Shown here in pieces: positions 37,395 through 48,506 of a DNA stretch of 64,000 bases. The DNA is from an uncultured Acidobacteriota bacterium. Its GTDB lineage: Bacteria > Acidobacteriota > Thermoanaerobaculia > UBA5066. A model generated the notes under the pieces. It was not told where the DNA came from, ran no database searches, and saw only the letters and a program-made list of their open reading frames with translations. The translations under genes and the position numbers were made by a program. The DNA lies in assembly GCA_963801475.1 (NCBI GenBank), contig CAWDEX010000003.1, positions 11,638 to 75,637 of the forward strand. The letters are read 5' to 3'. Position 1 is the stretch's first letter, and each line of letters begins with the position of its first letter.

Positions 37395-37950
37395 AACTTC
37401 CGGTGGCCCTCGCCGGGCAGGGGCGGCATCTCGTTCGTGAAGACGTCCCCGCAGAAGACGATCCGTTCCGTCGGCAGATGTACGACGACGTCGGATTCGG
37501 AATGTCCCTCGCCCAGGTCGAGCACGCGAACTTCACGCTCCCCGTGATGGAAGGAAAGGTTGCCGCTGAAGGTCATGTCCTGCAGGCTGTACCGGCTCCC
37601 CGTCAAGTCCACATCGGAAAAGGGCCTGGCGATCACGCGTCGTGCTTCTCCTGGACCTTCCGGTTCGCTTCCGTCTCCCTGCGGCCTTCGTGGGCGCTGA
37701 TGACCGTGGCTTCCGGGAAGAGATGATTGGTGTAGAGGTGATCCACGCGGGAATGGGTGTTGATCAGAAAGCGGATCGGCTTGTCCGTGACTCTGCGAAT
37801 GTCCGCCCGGAGGCTTCAGGCCATGTCGGCATTGGTCAGACTGTCGACCACGATCACATCTCTCTCGCCGACGATGACTCCGGAGCTGCTGTACCAGACG
37901 AGGGGGGGCTGCAGAAAGACGTAATGGACCGTACTCGGCGATCCCCAGCC
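37395..37950 (-). pseudogene. Decayed MBL-fold hydrolase (cyclase-like)
   Basis: SSSGVIVGERDVIVVDSL, internal TGA at 37816, PIRFLINTHSRVDH (degenerate HxHxDH), frameshift, GEGHSESDVVVHLPTERIVFCGDVF. Confidence 0.75.
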
Positions 37951-38099
37951 ATCGGTCGTCTTCCGTCCGGGTCGACGGGCCGGCACCGCTCCTTCGTGAC
38001 CTCCGGAGACCTGTCCCAGCTGCCCGGGAAACCATCTGAACGATATCGCGGCCAGCCGCGAGAGGAAGAGAACAGAAGGGTCCGCGGGTCGCAGGATGA

Positions 38100-38557
38100 A
38101 CTCGTCGGGCGTCCGGGGGCGGGCCGCCGACATCCTCGCTTCCCGGTTCCACCTGCTCGAGCTTCCGTCTCTGGTCCGCGTTCTCCTCGTGCGCCTCCCG
38201 CAGAGAGTCCCGAAGCTGCGCGTGCGCCGACGCGAGCGCCCGGATCTTGTCGAGGGTCAGCGCCGTCGTGAGGAACGAGGCCAGACGCATGAACGTCTCC
38301 CAATAGACGAAGAACGCCTTCGAATGGGGATGCAGGCTCAGCCGGTCGGAGACGAACCACGCCGCACCCGAGGCGAAGGCGAACGCCAGGCCAGACCTGC
38401 GGCCGACGTACCAGGCGGCGATGGAAACGGGGATGAAGTAGAAGGTGAAGAAGCCGAACTCGTAACCGGTGACGTAGTCGATCCTCGACAGGACGACGAG
38501 GAGTACGGCGCAGCCCAGATTGACAAGAGCGTGACGGTGCTCGATGGAGGTCCGCAT
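38100..38557 (-). pseudogene. DUF4118-like membrane sensor N-terminus lacking its output domain
   Basis: IDYVTGYEFGFFTFYFIPVSIAAWYVG TM block plus coiled coil, then reads through into unrelated sequence. Confidence 0.6.
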
Positions 38558-38667
38558 TCGCGACCCGCGACAGGTCCTTTGGGAGGATACCCGGACCTCG
38601 CGGACTTCGTCTCGGGTGTCGGCTGGCGGCTCGAGGTCGTGCAATCCGAATTGCACCCCCCGGCCCG

Positions 38668-39294
38668 TTACGGCCGGGGCAACTTCTCTCGGGCTGGCGT
38701 CTTCCTCGACTTCGTCGTCTTCTTCTTCTTCTCGTTCTTCTCTCTCTCGCCACCGTGTTCGAGGAGAGCCACCTCGCTCGCCGCCTCCTCGGTCCGTCTG
38801 TAGCGCCCGAGGTTCTCGAGAACTTCCGAGGCTGTCGGGGCTCCCCGCTGGTCCGAGTGCTCGCAGATCCGATACAGGGCCGCCAGGACATGCCGGGCGA
38901 AAGCGAGGTGCGTGGTCGTCCGTCCCAGGCCCAGCACGACGTCATTCATGGAGAGCACGCCAACGACCCTCCGCGCGGCGTCCAGCACGGGGAGGCGGCG
39001 CACGCGCTCGGCCGCCATTGTCTCGAGCGCACTCTCAAGCTTGTCGTCCGGACCACAGGCATGAACCTTCCCGCTCATGACCTCCGCGACGAGAATCTCG
39101 GAAGGGGGCTTGTTCTTCGTCATCGTGGCCATTGCGACGTCGCGGTCTGTGATCATTCCGGCTGCCTCTCCCTTTTCTCCCAGCACCGGGAGAGCGCCAC
39201 AGTCGCCTGCATACATCTTCCATGCGACGTCGGCCAGATGGTCAGTCGCCGTGCAGCAGATGGGATTGCGGGACATGATGTCCTGGACTTTCAT
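38668..39294 (-). CDS. CBS-domain protein with Lys-rich tail
   Basis: MKVQDIMS, CGALPV, GMITDRD, VRRLPV, GVLSMND. Confidence 0.92.
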   Translation of the reverse strand: MKVQDIMSRNPICCTATDHLADVAWKMYAGDCGALPVLGEKGEAAGMITDRDVAMATMTKNKPPSEILVAEVMSGKVHACGPDDKLESALETMAAERVRRLPVLDAARRVVGVLSMNDVVLGLGRTTTHLAFARHVLAALYRICEHSDQRGAPTASEVLENLGRYRRTEEAASEVALLEHGGEREKNEKKKKTTKSRKTPAREKLPRP

Positions 39295-39396
39295 GCCTCT
39301 GATTCTGCGCCACTCCCGAGACTCCGGCGGTCAAGCCGCGCCGAGACCTCGTGTGAAGGACCCTGGATGTGATCCCGAGCACACGTTCCGTGCGGC

Positions 39397-39975
39397 ATGG
39401 GCTTCGTGTTCGTGCTGGTTTTTTTCGGAATGACGTCGGGGGCCGGGGCCCAATCTCCGGACGGACGGCCGGACGACTCCACCCCAATCGTCAGCGCGCC
39501 TCCGGAGGACGTCAAGGGAGGGGCCGAGAGGTACGAACGGAACGGCAGCTTCACCGGCCCCGTGCGCAACAGCGGACGCGCGCGCGCCAATCTTCCGCAC
39601 CCGACGAATCCCGTGCCCGGCTCCATGCCGAACATGAACATCTGCCACGGGCAGTGCCGGTGAAACCGGATGATCCTGGTGGACCCGACGGTTTCGACCC
39701 GGAACACCGCCTGGATCGCGAAGGGTTCCTCCCTGCGCACGAACCCGGGCAACAATCCTCCGGCGGTCTTCCGGAACTGGGCGGCCGCCACGTCCGGCCC
39801 GAGTGACGTGGGATTCGGTTTCTTCACCGCGATCGTTCCCACGCCTGCGAACCTGGACCCCACCGGCCGCGTCTTCTTCCACTCCTCGAACTCGCGCGTC
39901 TGGCGAAGCAACAACGGCGGGCTGACGTGGACGCGGATCGCTTCGGCCATCGCCCCGCCATCGCCCGGTCTGCGG
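39397..39975 (+). pseudogene. Fragments of a secreted BNR/Asp-box beta-propeller protein
   Basis: Signal-like MGFVFVLVFFGMTSGAGAQ, stop at 39663, then VWRSNNGGLTWT (Asp-box); truncated. Confidence 0.5.
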
Positions 39976-40002
39976 CGAGGAAGAATTGGGGGGGAAACCC
40001 GG

Positions 40003-41520
40003 TCAGTGCCCTCTCATGCTCCCCGTACGGGCGAGGTTCCGGTGCCAGGAGAAGGCCTCGTCGAGAAGGTGTGGCGTGTGCTTTCCCGGGGATGCGGCGA
40101 GGGCCGCCCGGTAGTAGTCGCGGAGCATCGGACGGTAGTCGGGGTGGACGCACTTCTCGATGATCCTCTCGGCTCTCTGCTTCGGCGAGAGGCCGCGCAG
40201 GTCGGCGAGCCCCTGCTCCGTCACGAGGACGTGGACGTCGTGCTCGGTGTGGTCGACGTGGGTGACCATCGGGACGATGCACGAGATGGAGCCCATCTTT
40301 GCGGTCGAGGGCGTCATGAAGAACGAGATGTAGGCATTTCGCGCGAAGTCCCCCGAGCCGCCGATGCCGTTCATGATCGAGGTTCCGCTGACGTGGGTCG
40401 AGTTGACGTTTCCGTAGATATCGGCCTCGATCATCCCGTTCATTGCGAGGCAGCCGAGGCGGCGGATCAGCTCGGGGTGGTTGGAGATCTCCTGCGGGCG
40501 GAGGAGCAGGCTGTCCCGGTAGCGGTCCATCTGAGCGTTCAGCTTGTCGACCTTGTCCGGGCTGAGCGAAAAGGCCGTCGCCGACGCGAAGGTGAGCTTC
40601 CCGGCGGAGATCAGCTCGAGCATGCCGTCCTGCAGGACCTCGGTGTATGCGGTGAGGTTCCCGAACGGGCCGTCCTTCAGGCCGAAGAGGACGGCGTTCG
40701 CGATGTTCCCGACGCCGGACTGGAGGGGGAGGAGCTCGTTCGGGAGGTTTCCCTTCTTTACCTCGGTTCCGAGGAACTCGAGAATGTGACCGGCGATCTG
40801 CCTCGACGACTCGTCGGGCGCCGAGAACGGCGCGTTCCGGTCCGGGGCGTTCGTCTCGACGACGGCGATGATCTTCTCGAGGGGGCAGGTGAGATAGGGA
40901 GTCCCGATCCGGTCCGACGGGCTGACGAGCGGAATCGGCTTGCGGTGCGGAGGGAGCGCGAAGCCCTGGTAGACGTCGTGGATCCCTTCGAGCTTCTCGG
41001 ACTGCCACGAGTTGACCTCGAGGATGACCCGGTCGGCGTAGTCGAGCCAGACCTTGTTGTTCCCGATCGAGGACGAGGGGATCAGGTCACCGTTCTCGCG
41101 GATCCCCGTGACCTCGATGACCGCGACGTCGAGCTTTCCGAGGAAGCCCGAGCGGACGAAGGCGCCGACGTGAGAGAGGTGGATGTCCAGGTATTCCATG
41201 TCGCCCGCGTTGATCTTCTTCCGGCAGATGGGGTCCGACTGATAGGGGAGACGCAGCTCCACGCCGTCGACCATCGCGAGGGCGCCGTCCAGCTCGGGGG
41301 CGGTCGACGCCCCGGTCCAGACGCTCACCCGGAACTTCTCGCCCCGCAGGTTGGCGTCCATGATCTGCTTCGCGAGCGCCACGGGAACCGCCTTCGGGTA
41401 GCCGGCTCCGGTGAACCCGCTCATCCCCACCGTGTCCCCCGAGCGGATCATCGAGGCGGCCTCCTCGGCCGTCACGATCCTGTGGCGGAGCCTCTCGTTC
41501 AGGACTCTCTCTCCGGACAT
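40003..41520 (-). CDS. Acetyl-CoA hydrolase / succinate CoA-transferase (Ach1/AarC family)
   Basis: MSGFTGAGYPKAVP, RLPYQSDP, LQSGVGNIANAV, YTEVLQD, GIGGSGDFARNA. Confidence 0.95.
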   Translation of the reverse strand: MSGERVLNERLRHRIVTAEEAASMIRSGDTVGMSGFTGAGYPKAVPVALAKQIMDANLRGEKFRVSVWTGASTAPELDGALAMVDGVELRLPYQSDPICRKKINAGDMEYLDIHLSHVGAFVRSGFLGKLDVAVIEVTGIRENGDLIPSSSIGNNKVWLDYADRVILEVNSWQSEKLEGIHDVYQGFALPPHRKPIPLVSPSDRIGTPYLTCPLEKIIAVVETNAPDRNAPFSAPDESSRQIAGHILEFLGTEVKKGNLPNELLPLQSGVGNIANAVLFGLKDGPFGNLTAYTEVLQDGMLELISAGKLTFASATAFSLSPDKVDKLNAQMDRYRDSLLLRPQEISNHPELIRRLGCLAMNGMIEADIYGNVNSTHVSGTSIMNGIGGSGDFARNAYISFFMTPSTAKMGSISCIVPMVTHVDHTEHDVHVLVTEQGLADLRGLSPKQRAERIIEKCVHPDYRPMLRDYYRAALAASPGKHTPHLLDEAFSWHRNLARTGSMRGH

Positions 41521-41792
41521 CTCTGTACCTCCGGTTCGTCGCCTGACCGGGACCCGTTCCGGATCCCTCGGCCCGGGCGATCGTTCCGAAGACAAGCGTA
41601 TCGCAGCGAGCCGGCATGGTTTCACCCAGCGCCTGATGCGGGCGGACGTACGCGTCGAGAACGACGCCCAACTCGATCTTCTCCGTCAGGTCGTCGGCCC
41701 CCAAAGGCCGCAACAGCCACGCATATACTGATCACGCACCGATAGCCGACCCCAAAACGTTACGTGTCGAGGGCTGCGGCCGAGGAGGAGCC

Positions 41793-42032
41793 ATGTCCGA
41801 CCCGAAGATCGCTGCCAAGCAACCGATTGTCGTCAGGCTGGAAGCCGGCAGGACATACGCCTGGTGCCGTTGCGGCCTGTCCAAGGGGCAGCCGTTCTGC
41901 GACGGGACCCACAAGGGCTCCGGTTTCACGCCGCTCGTCTTCAAGGCGGAGGATACGAAAGACGTCTGGCTCTGCCAGTGCAAGCACACCGGACATCCTC
42001 CGGCGTGCGACGGCACCCACAAGACTCTCTGA
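41793..42032 (+). CDS. CDGSH iron-sulfur domain protein (two motifs)
   Basis: WCRCGLSKGQPFCDGTH and LCQCKHTGHPPACDGTH. Confidence 0.93.
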   Translation: MSDPKIAAKQPIVVRLEAGRTYAWCRCGLSKGQPFCDGTHKGSGFTPLVFKAEDTKDVWLCQCKHTGHPPACDGTHKTL

Positions 42033-42059
42033 CGCTCAGGTGCCGTTGCGATTCCGGGC

Positions 42060-42227
42060 GTGAAGATTGACGGCGTCCTGAAGATCACCCGGATCCGGGT
42101 CGCCTGCACGCTTTCGGTCCCACCGGGGATGGCCGACGACGCCCGCGAGGCGCTCAAGATGGCCATCACTCAACGCCCCGCCGCCATGAGCGCGATGGGG
42201 TGCATCGAGATCGTCGATTCGGCGTAG
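42060..42227 (+). pseudogene. OsmC-like protein C-terminal remnant
   Basis: Manual translation VKIDGVLKITRIRVACTLSVPPGMADDAREALKMAITQRPAAMSAMGCIEIVDSA; the conserved CP reads RP; no N-terminus. Confidence 0.5.
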
Positions 42228-42521
42228 ATCAGTGAGCTTCCGGCCTGAGGCTCGCGGCCGGGCCTCGGGCCATGGCGGGATTCCCTCCGCCGGAGGCGGG
42301 GGTGTCCGCGATTCATGATCCAAAGGCCATTGGGCGGCCTCCGGCCCGGTTCGGGCGCGAGGCGGCCGCGAGCGGTTCGGCCTGCGGCGACGGGGTCGAA
42401 GCTCTGATGTCGTCCCATCAGACCTGGATCGACCGATTCCGTAGAATGACGCCTCCGGAGCTTTTCCGTCTTCAGGTCTCTCGCGCTCGCCGGGTGGTAC
42501 GCTGAACGAAGGAGGCCGATC

Positions 42522-43277
42522 ATGCGCTTTCCTGTTTTCGCAGCGGCAGGCGCTGTGGTTCTCGCCGCCGCCTTGAACGCGCAGCAACCCCAGCCGGCGC
42601 AGCAACCCCAGCAGCCCCAGCAACCGCCGCAAACCCAGGCGCAGGGAGCCGGAGGATCGCAGGCCCAGGGCTTTCAACCGCCATACACCATCTATCGCGT
42701 CGACCTCATCCCCGCCGGCTTCGGGTTCGCGATGGAGGAGCCGAAGCTGGAGGGTGACGTTTGGGTCTTCCGCAGCCTGCCGGACAAGACTCTCGAGCGG
42801 GTTCCCAAGGCAAGAGTGAAGTCCGTCAGCCGGTGGTCGACGGACTACAGCAAGGAGGTCGTCTACCAGGTCGAGTTCCTTCCCACCGGCGGCGTCCTCG
42901 CCCGCGAGGAGCCGGTGAAGAAAGGGAGGCTCTACCTGATCAACACCTGGAGGCAGGGAACGCTTCTCTCCATGCAGGAGGGGGACGTCAAGAGCATCAC
43001 CCGACTGACGGGGTTTCCGGCGTTCAAGGCCGAGATGAAGGAGCTGGGCGTCGTCGTCCTGGAGACCGAGACGACCCACGCGGGCTTCAAGCAGACGGGA
43101 GATACGCCGGCACCGGGCGCGGCGTCAGCGGGAGCCCCGTCCACGAGATCGGGCCAGGGCAACTGGACGTACCAGGGGACTCCGGGGGCGTCGGACGCAT
43201 ACGCGCCGGGGAACGCGACGGTCGCGAAGCCGGGCGACACGCCGATGATGCCCCAGCCGACGCAGCCTCCTCACTAA
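42522..43277 (+). CDS. Secreted hypothetical protein with Gln/Pro-rich linker
   Basis: AAGGAGG RBS, signal peptide, QQPQ repeats. Confidence 0.8.
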   Translation: MRFPVFAAAGAVVLAAALNAQQPQPAQQPQQPQQPPQTQAQGAGGSQAQGFQPPYTIYRVDLIPAGFGFAMEEPKLEGDVWVFRSLPDKTLERVPKARVKSVSRWSTDYSKEVVYQVEFLPTGGVLAREEPVKKGRLYLINTWRQGTLLSMQEGDVKSITRLTGFPAFKAEMKELGVVVLETETTHAGFKQTGDTPAPGAASAGAPSTRSGQGNWTYQGTPGASDAYAPGNATVAKPGDTPMMPQPTQPPH

Positions 43278-43286
43278 CGCGCCTCG

Positions 43287-43342
43287 GCCCGGAGCCGCCC
43301 GGAGGCCGGAGAACGCGGCTCGCACAGCCGACCGGGTGTGGT
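43287..43342 (+). repeat. Dispersed repeat family, short core fragment
   Basis: gcccggagccgcccggaggccggagaacgcggctcgcacagccgaccgggtgtgg aligns with 10407-10462. Confidence 0.6.
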
Positions 43343-43412
43343 GGCGCGATGAGGTGGGCCGCCGTGGTTCTGGACGCGGCGGTAGGCTTCCCCGTGGGGA
43401 AGGAGTTCCGCC

Positions 43413-44654
43413 ATGTACGAGTTTCTCCTGAACGACGCCCAGCTCGGTCTTCGGGAAGAGGTCAGGGATCTCGTGCGCTGGGTCCCGCGCCAGATGGTGC
43501 TGGACATGGACGCCGACGTCGTCAGGTTCCCGAAGGACTTCCTGCGGGAGGCCGGCCGCCGCAACCTCATGGGCTGCCGCTATCCCTCGCGGTGGGGTGG
43601 GAGGGACATGGACTGGGTCACGACCTGCATGGTCATGGAGGAGGTTGGTACCCTCGGCTACATCTTCGCCTGTGTCTTCGGCGTCGGCGCCGAGCTGGTC
43701 TGCGATGCCATCGTTCGGCACGGCACGGAGCGGCAGAAGGAGAAGTACGTCAGGCCGCTTCTCTCGGGCGAGATCTTCGCGGCCGAGTGCCTGACGGAGC
43801 CCCGCGGCGGCTCCGACTTCTTCGGGGCCACGACCACCGCGGTCGATCGAGGCGACCACTTCGTCCTGAACGGCCAGAAGCGCTTCATCGTAGGCGCCGA
43901 AGGGGCCGACTTCTTTCTGGTCTACGCGCGGACCAATCCCGACCGGGAGGCAAGGCCCGAGGAGGCGCTCACCTGCTTTCTCGTCGATCGCGGCCCGGGC
44001 GTCGCGGTCAGCTATCACTACGGACTCATGGGATGCCGTGGCGGCGGCACCGGGCGACTCGTCTTCACGGACGTCGTGGTTCCGCGGGAAAACGTGGTCG
44101 GCCGCGTGCACCACGCCGCGGACGTGTTCAACACCATGATGGTCCCGGAACGGCTCGGCACCGCCGCCATGACGATCGGCGCGGCCCGCCCGGCGGTCGA
44201 GCTGGCGACCGCCTATACCCGGAAACGCAAGGCCTTCGGCCAAACGGTGAACCGCTTCCAGGGGGTGTCCTTCCAGGTCGCCGAAGCGGTCACCCTTCTC
44301 GACGCGAGCCGGTCGCTGGTCTACACGACCGCTCGCGCGGTCGACGCCGGCCTGCCGGCCCTCGCCACCCGCCGCTGGGTCAGCGAGACCAAGAAGTTCG
44401 TCACCGAGAACTGCCAGCAGGCGGCGCGGCACGCCATGCAGGTCATGGGCGGCATCGGCTACACGAACGTCTATCCGGTCGAGCGCATCGTCCGCGACCT
44501 CGGTCTGGCCTCGATCTGGACGGGCACGAACGAAGTGATGAGCTCCATCATCGCCCACGACTGGTACCGTGAGAACGGCAAGAGCCAGACCCCGCGCGAC
44601 CACGAGGCGGACGCCGTCGCGGCGGACGTGGCCGGCGAGAAGGTCTACGAGTAG
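43413..44654 (+). CDS. Acyl-CoA dehydrogenase
   Basis: CLTEPRGGSD, LNGQKRFI, RKAFGQ, QVMGGIGY, IWTGTNEV. Confidence 0.95.
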   Translation: MYEFLLNDAQLGLREEVRDLVRWVPRQMVLDMDADVVRFPKDFLREAGRRNLMGCRYPSRWGGRDMDWVTTCMVMEEVGTLGYIFACVFGVGAELVCDAIVRHGTERQKEKYVRPLLSGEIFAAECLTEPRGGSDFFGATTTAVDRGDHFVLNGQKRFIVGAEGADFFLVYARTNPDREARPEEALTCFLVDRGPGVAVSYHYGLMGCRGGGTGRLVFTDVVVPRENVVGRVHHAADVFNTMMVPERLGTAAMTIGAARPAVELATAYTRKRKAFGQTVNRFQGVSFQVAEAVTLLDASRSLVYTTARAVDAGLPALATRRWVSETKKFVTENCQQAARHAMQVMGGIGYTNVYPVERIVRDLGLASIWTGTNEVMSSIIAHDWYRENGKSQTPRDHEADAVAADVAGEKVYE

Positions 44655-44698
44655 AGGAAGCCCGCTCCGTTTCCGGGGAGCCGGCCGCGGGACCGGTG

Positions 44699-45685
<987 letters not shown>

Positions 45686-46329
45686 CTCCGTCGTCTCCTC
45701 CTTCCTTGGCGCCCATGCGACGTCCGCGCGCAGAGAAGCGGTCCCCGGCAGTCGGGAGCGTCGGCGTGCCGTCCTGGCTCGTCAGCCGTCAGCCCCCTTT
45801 CGGAGAGCGGCGCGGTACAGCGCCTTCCGAAGGCGAACCATCCGGCGTTCCCGCATCCGTGCGGCAAGGGTGTCGGAACCGGCGTTCTCCCGCCCCAGGG
45901 AGGAGAAGAGGCCGGTGAGCCATTCACGCTCGAAAGTCTCTGACTTGATGCGACGATCCACGCCATTCTCCTGGCCTCTCCGCGCGAAACGCCTCCACGG
46001 CTCTTCCATCGCTCACCCCCTCGGCCCCTCCCCGGGTATTGACGTGCGGTTAAACGAATGGTTCACACTGGCGATGAGTAGACGCCGAACGTTGGAGTCG
46101 GACACAAGGATCGTGCCACTCATTCGGTGCCGTTTCGGCTCTCTCGAGGAATCGGCGGAATGCGGGTGATGGACCGGGAATTCGCTGCTAGGGCTGCCTA
46201 ACAAATTCAGCCCTGATACGATTTTCCTCGTCCTCCTATCTTCCGGGAAAGGACGGAGCCCTGAAGAACCGGATCACCGGGCTCGGGGTTTCCAGTCGGC
46301 GGCCGGCGCGGAGGCCCCGGCTTCGGGTC

Positions 46330-46810
46330 GGCTCACTCGCCGTCGTGGCGCTTCTCTGGAGCGTCCCGCTCCGCGCGAACGGGTCCGAGGGCAGACGGAT
46401 TCTCTTCCCGGGTGCCGGCGAATCGGGTGGCGTCTCGGGACCGATGAGCTACCGGGTCTCCGCCACACCTCAGGCTCTATGCGAGCTGGGGACAGGGGTT
46501 CCTGCCGCCGCGACCGAGGAACTGGCCAACGATCCGGAGGCCTTCGGTGGTTCAACACGAACCTCGTTGTCGCCACGTCGCACGGCGTCGAAATCGGCGC
46601 GCGTGGTGTCCTCTGGCGAAGCCTGTCGTGGGATGTGGCCGCCTTCCGCCTCGACACCGACGACGATTTCGGGAGGTACCGCGTCGCGGGTCGGCCGCTC
46701 TCAACCTGACTGGAAAGGAGTACATCGCCTTCACCGAGCCGGACCCGGACGGGAACTCCTACCAGCCGGCCCAGATGGCCCAGGTGTTCGCCGGCGTACT
46801 CTCTGGCTGG
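46330..46810 (+). pseudogene. TonB-dependent receptor remnants
   Basis: ATEELANDPEAFGG / FNTNLVVATSHGVEIGARG..SWDVAAFRLDTDDDF / NLTGKEYIAFTEPDPDGNSYQP..VFAGV in different frames. Confidence 0.6.
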
Positions 46811-46885
46811 GCCCTGACTGAGGCCGCTGTTCACGATCCCGATCGGGAGCCGGCGTGCCCCGCCCGAGCACGGGCCTCGTTTAGG

Positions 46886-48433
46886 ATGAAGCGAGTGCAC
46901 AGACGCGTCGGGCGCTATCTGGAGCGATGGGCCGTCGTCCTTCTGGTCCTCGGCCTGGCGTGGCGCACGGTGCGCCTCGTCGTGAACTTTTCCCTCTCCT
47001 CCGACGAGGCGTCCGTCGCGGTCCATCTCCTCGACCGGGACTTCGCAGGACTGACGGAGCCTCTCGGCTACGCCCAGGTGGCGCCGGTGGGCTTCCTCTG
47101 GACCGAGCTCGCCGTCGCCCGCTCCCTGGGCCTCGCGGAAACGGCCCTGCGCCTGCCGGCTTGGCTCCAGAGCCTCGCGGCCCTCGGCCTCTTCTGGTCC
47201 TTCGCGTGGAGAGTCCTCGACCGGCGCCGCGCGCTCCTCGCCGTCGGGATCTTCGCCTCGTCTTACTACGTCGTCCGGCACGGAGCCGAGGTGAAGCCTT
47301 ACGCGGGCGACATGCTTCTGGCCCTTGGCATCATCTGGCTCGCCTGGCGGATTCTCGAGAACGAGCAGGCTCTCGGGCCGAAAGTCGGCCTGACACTGCT
47401 CGCGGCCGCGGGAGTCTGGGTCTCGTACCCGGCCGTCTTCGTCGCCGCGGGCGCCGGCGCGGTGCTTTCATGGCGCGCGCTCCGCTCCCGGTCGCGCCGG
47501 GCGCTCCTCTTCGCCGCCCTATACGGGGTCGTCCTCATGGCGAGCTTTTTCGTTGTCTACCTCTGGATCAACCGGTATCAGGCGCGGGACGTGCCGTGGT
47601 GGATGGCGGACTACTGGCGGGCCGCGTTTCCGCCCCTGAAACAGCCATTGCGGCTTTTCTGGTGGCTCGTCGACATTCACGCCGGGGTCATGCTGGCCTA
47701 TCCGGTGGGTGCGGCGCACTTCGGAAGCGCGCTCACTCTCGTTTGCGTCGTGACGGGAGCCGCAGGGATGGCCAGGACGCGGCGCGACCTGCTGCTGCTC
47801 CTCCTCTCGCCGCTTCCCTTCGCCTTCGTGGCCGCTGCCCTGGAGCGTTACCCCTACGGGGACGCCATCCGGACTTCCCTCTATATGGCCCCGTCATTCT
47901 GCCTGCTGGCCGGCGCGGGGCTCGTCACGCTCCTGAAGGCGGTTCTTCCGAGGCGCAGGGCCGCGCGCGGCGTCCAGGTCGCGGCGGGAGTCCTGGCGGT
48001 CATCGCAGCGGCCGGTATCGCCCTAGACATCGCCCGCCCCTACAAGGAGATCGGGGACCACGAGAACCGCAGCATTCTGCGCCTCGTCTGCGCGCGCTGC
48101 GAGCCCGGAGACGAGTGGGCGGTGGTGACCGGGGAGGCCGAGGCCCGGTTCCGCTTCTACCTCTCGCGGTACTCGCCCGTTCCCGTCCGGTGGGAGGCGC
48201 GACTGGCCGACCTCTCCCGGCCGGGTCCCACGCGGATTCGCCTGATCGCCTACACGTACCGCGACCGGATGCTGCCGAAGAAGCTCCTCGACGCCTGCCG
48301 GGCGGCGCTCACGCAGCGCCAGGGCCCCTGGCGCCACGAGGGATTCCCGCTCGAGGACGGCATCATCCACGTCTACGAGTTCGGGCCGTTGTCGTCGTCG
48401 GCCGGTTCGCAGAGAACCGGTGGCATCCGGTGA
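46886..48433 (+). CDS. GT39/ArnT-like polytopic glycosyltransferase
   Basis: SLSSDEA, YAQVAPVGF, ETALRLP, EVKPYAGD; many TMs. Confidence 0.88.
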   Translation: MKRVHRRVGRYLERWAVVLLVLGLAWRTVRLVVNFSLSSDEASVAVHLLDRDFAGLTEPLGYAQVAPVGFLWTELAVARSLGLAETALRLPAWLQSLAALGLFWSFAWRVLDRRRALLAVGIFASSYYVVRHGAEVKPYAGDMLLALGIIWLAWRILENEQALGPKVGLTLLAAAGVWVSYPAVFVAAGAGAVLSWRALRSRSRRALLFAALYGVVLMASFFVVYLWINRYQARDVPWWMADYWRAAFPPLKQPLRLFWWLVDIHAGVMLAYPVGAAHFGSALTLVCVVTGAAGMARTRRDLLLLLLSPLPFAFVAAALERYPYGDAIRTSLYMAPSFCLLAGAGLVTLLKAVLPRRRAARGVQVAAGVLAVIAAAGIALDIARPYKEIGDHENRSILRLVCARCEPGDEWAVVTGEAEARFRFYLSRYSPVPVRWEARLADLSRPGPTRIRLIAYTYRDRMLPKKLLDACRAALTQRQGPWRHEGFPLEDGIIHVYEFGPLSSSAGSQRTGGIR

Positions 48434-48506
48434 TGCAGTTGCGTCAGGCAAGTGGCGAAGTCGTCCGGTCAGAATGTCGTACCGAGATGCAGTCAGGAGG
48501 AATTCC

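Noticed and set aside
37816-37818. In-frame TGA as selenocysteine
   Set aside because: Not at a Cys-equivalent position, and the gene has further lesions.
41560-41730. Coding-like fragment DDLTEKIELGVVLDAYVRPHQALG
   Set aside because: Looks like a remnant, but I cannot assign a family or a clear start and stop.
42580-42650. CAGCAACCC-type tandem repeats
   Set aside because: They simply encode the Gln/Pro linker of the secreted protein.
1121-43342. Repeat family as a CRISPR array
   Set aside because: Copies are long, divergent and kilobases apart; no regular repeat-spacer period and no cas genes.
46020-46270. Cobalamin riboswitch upstream of the TonB remnant
   Set aside because: B12-box and other conserved elements are not recognisable; only an AT-richer promoter-like stretch.
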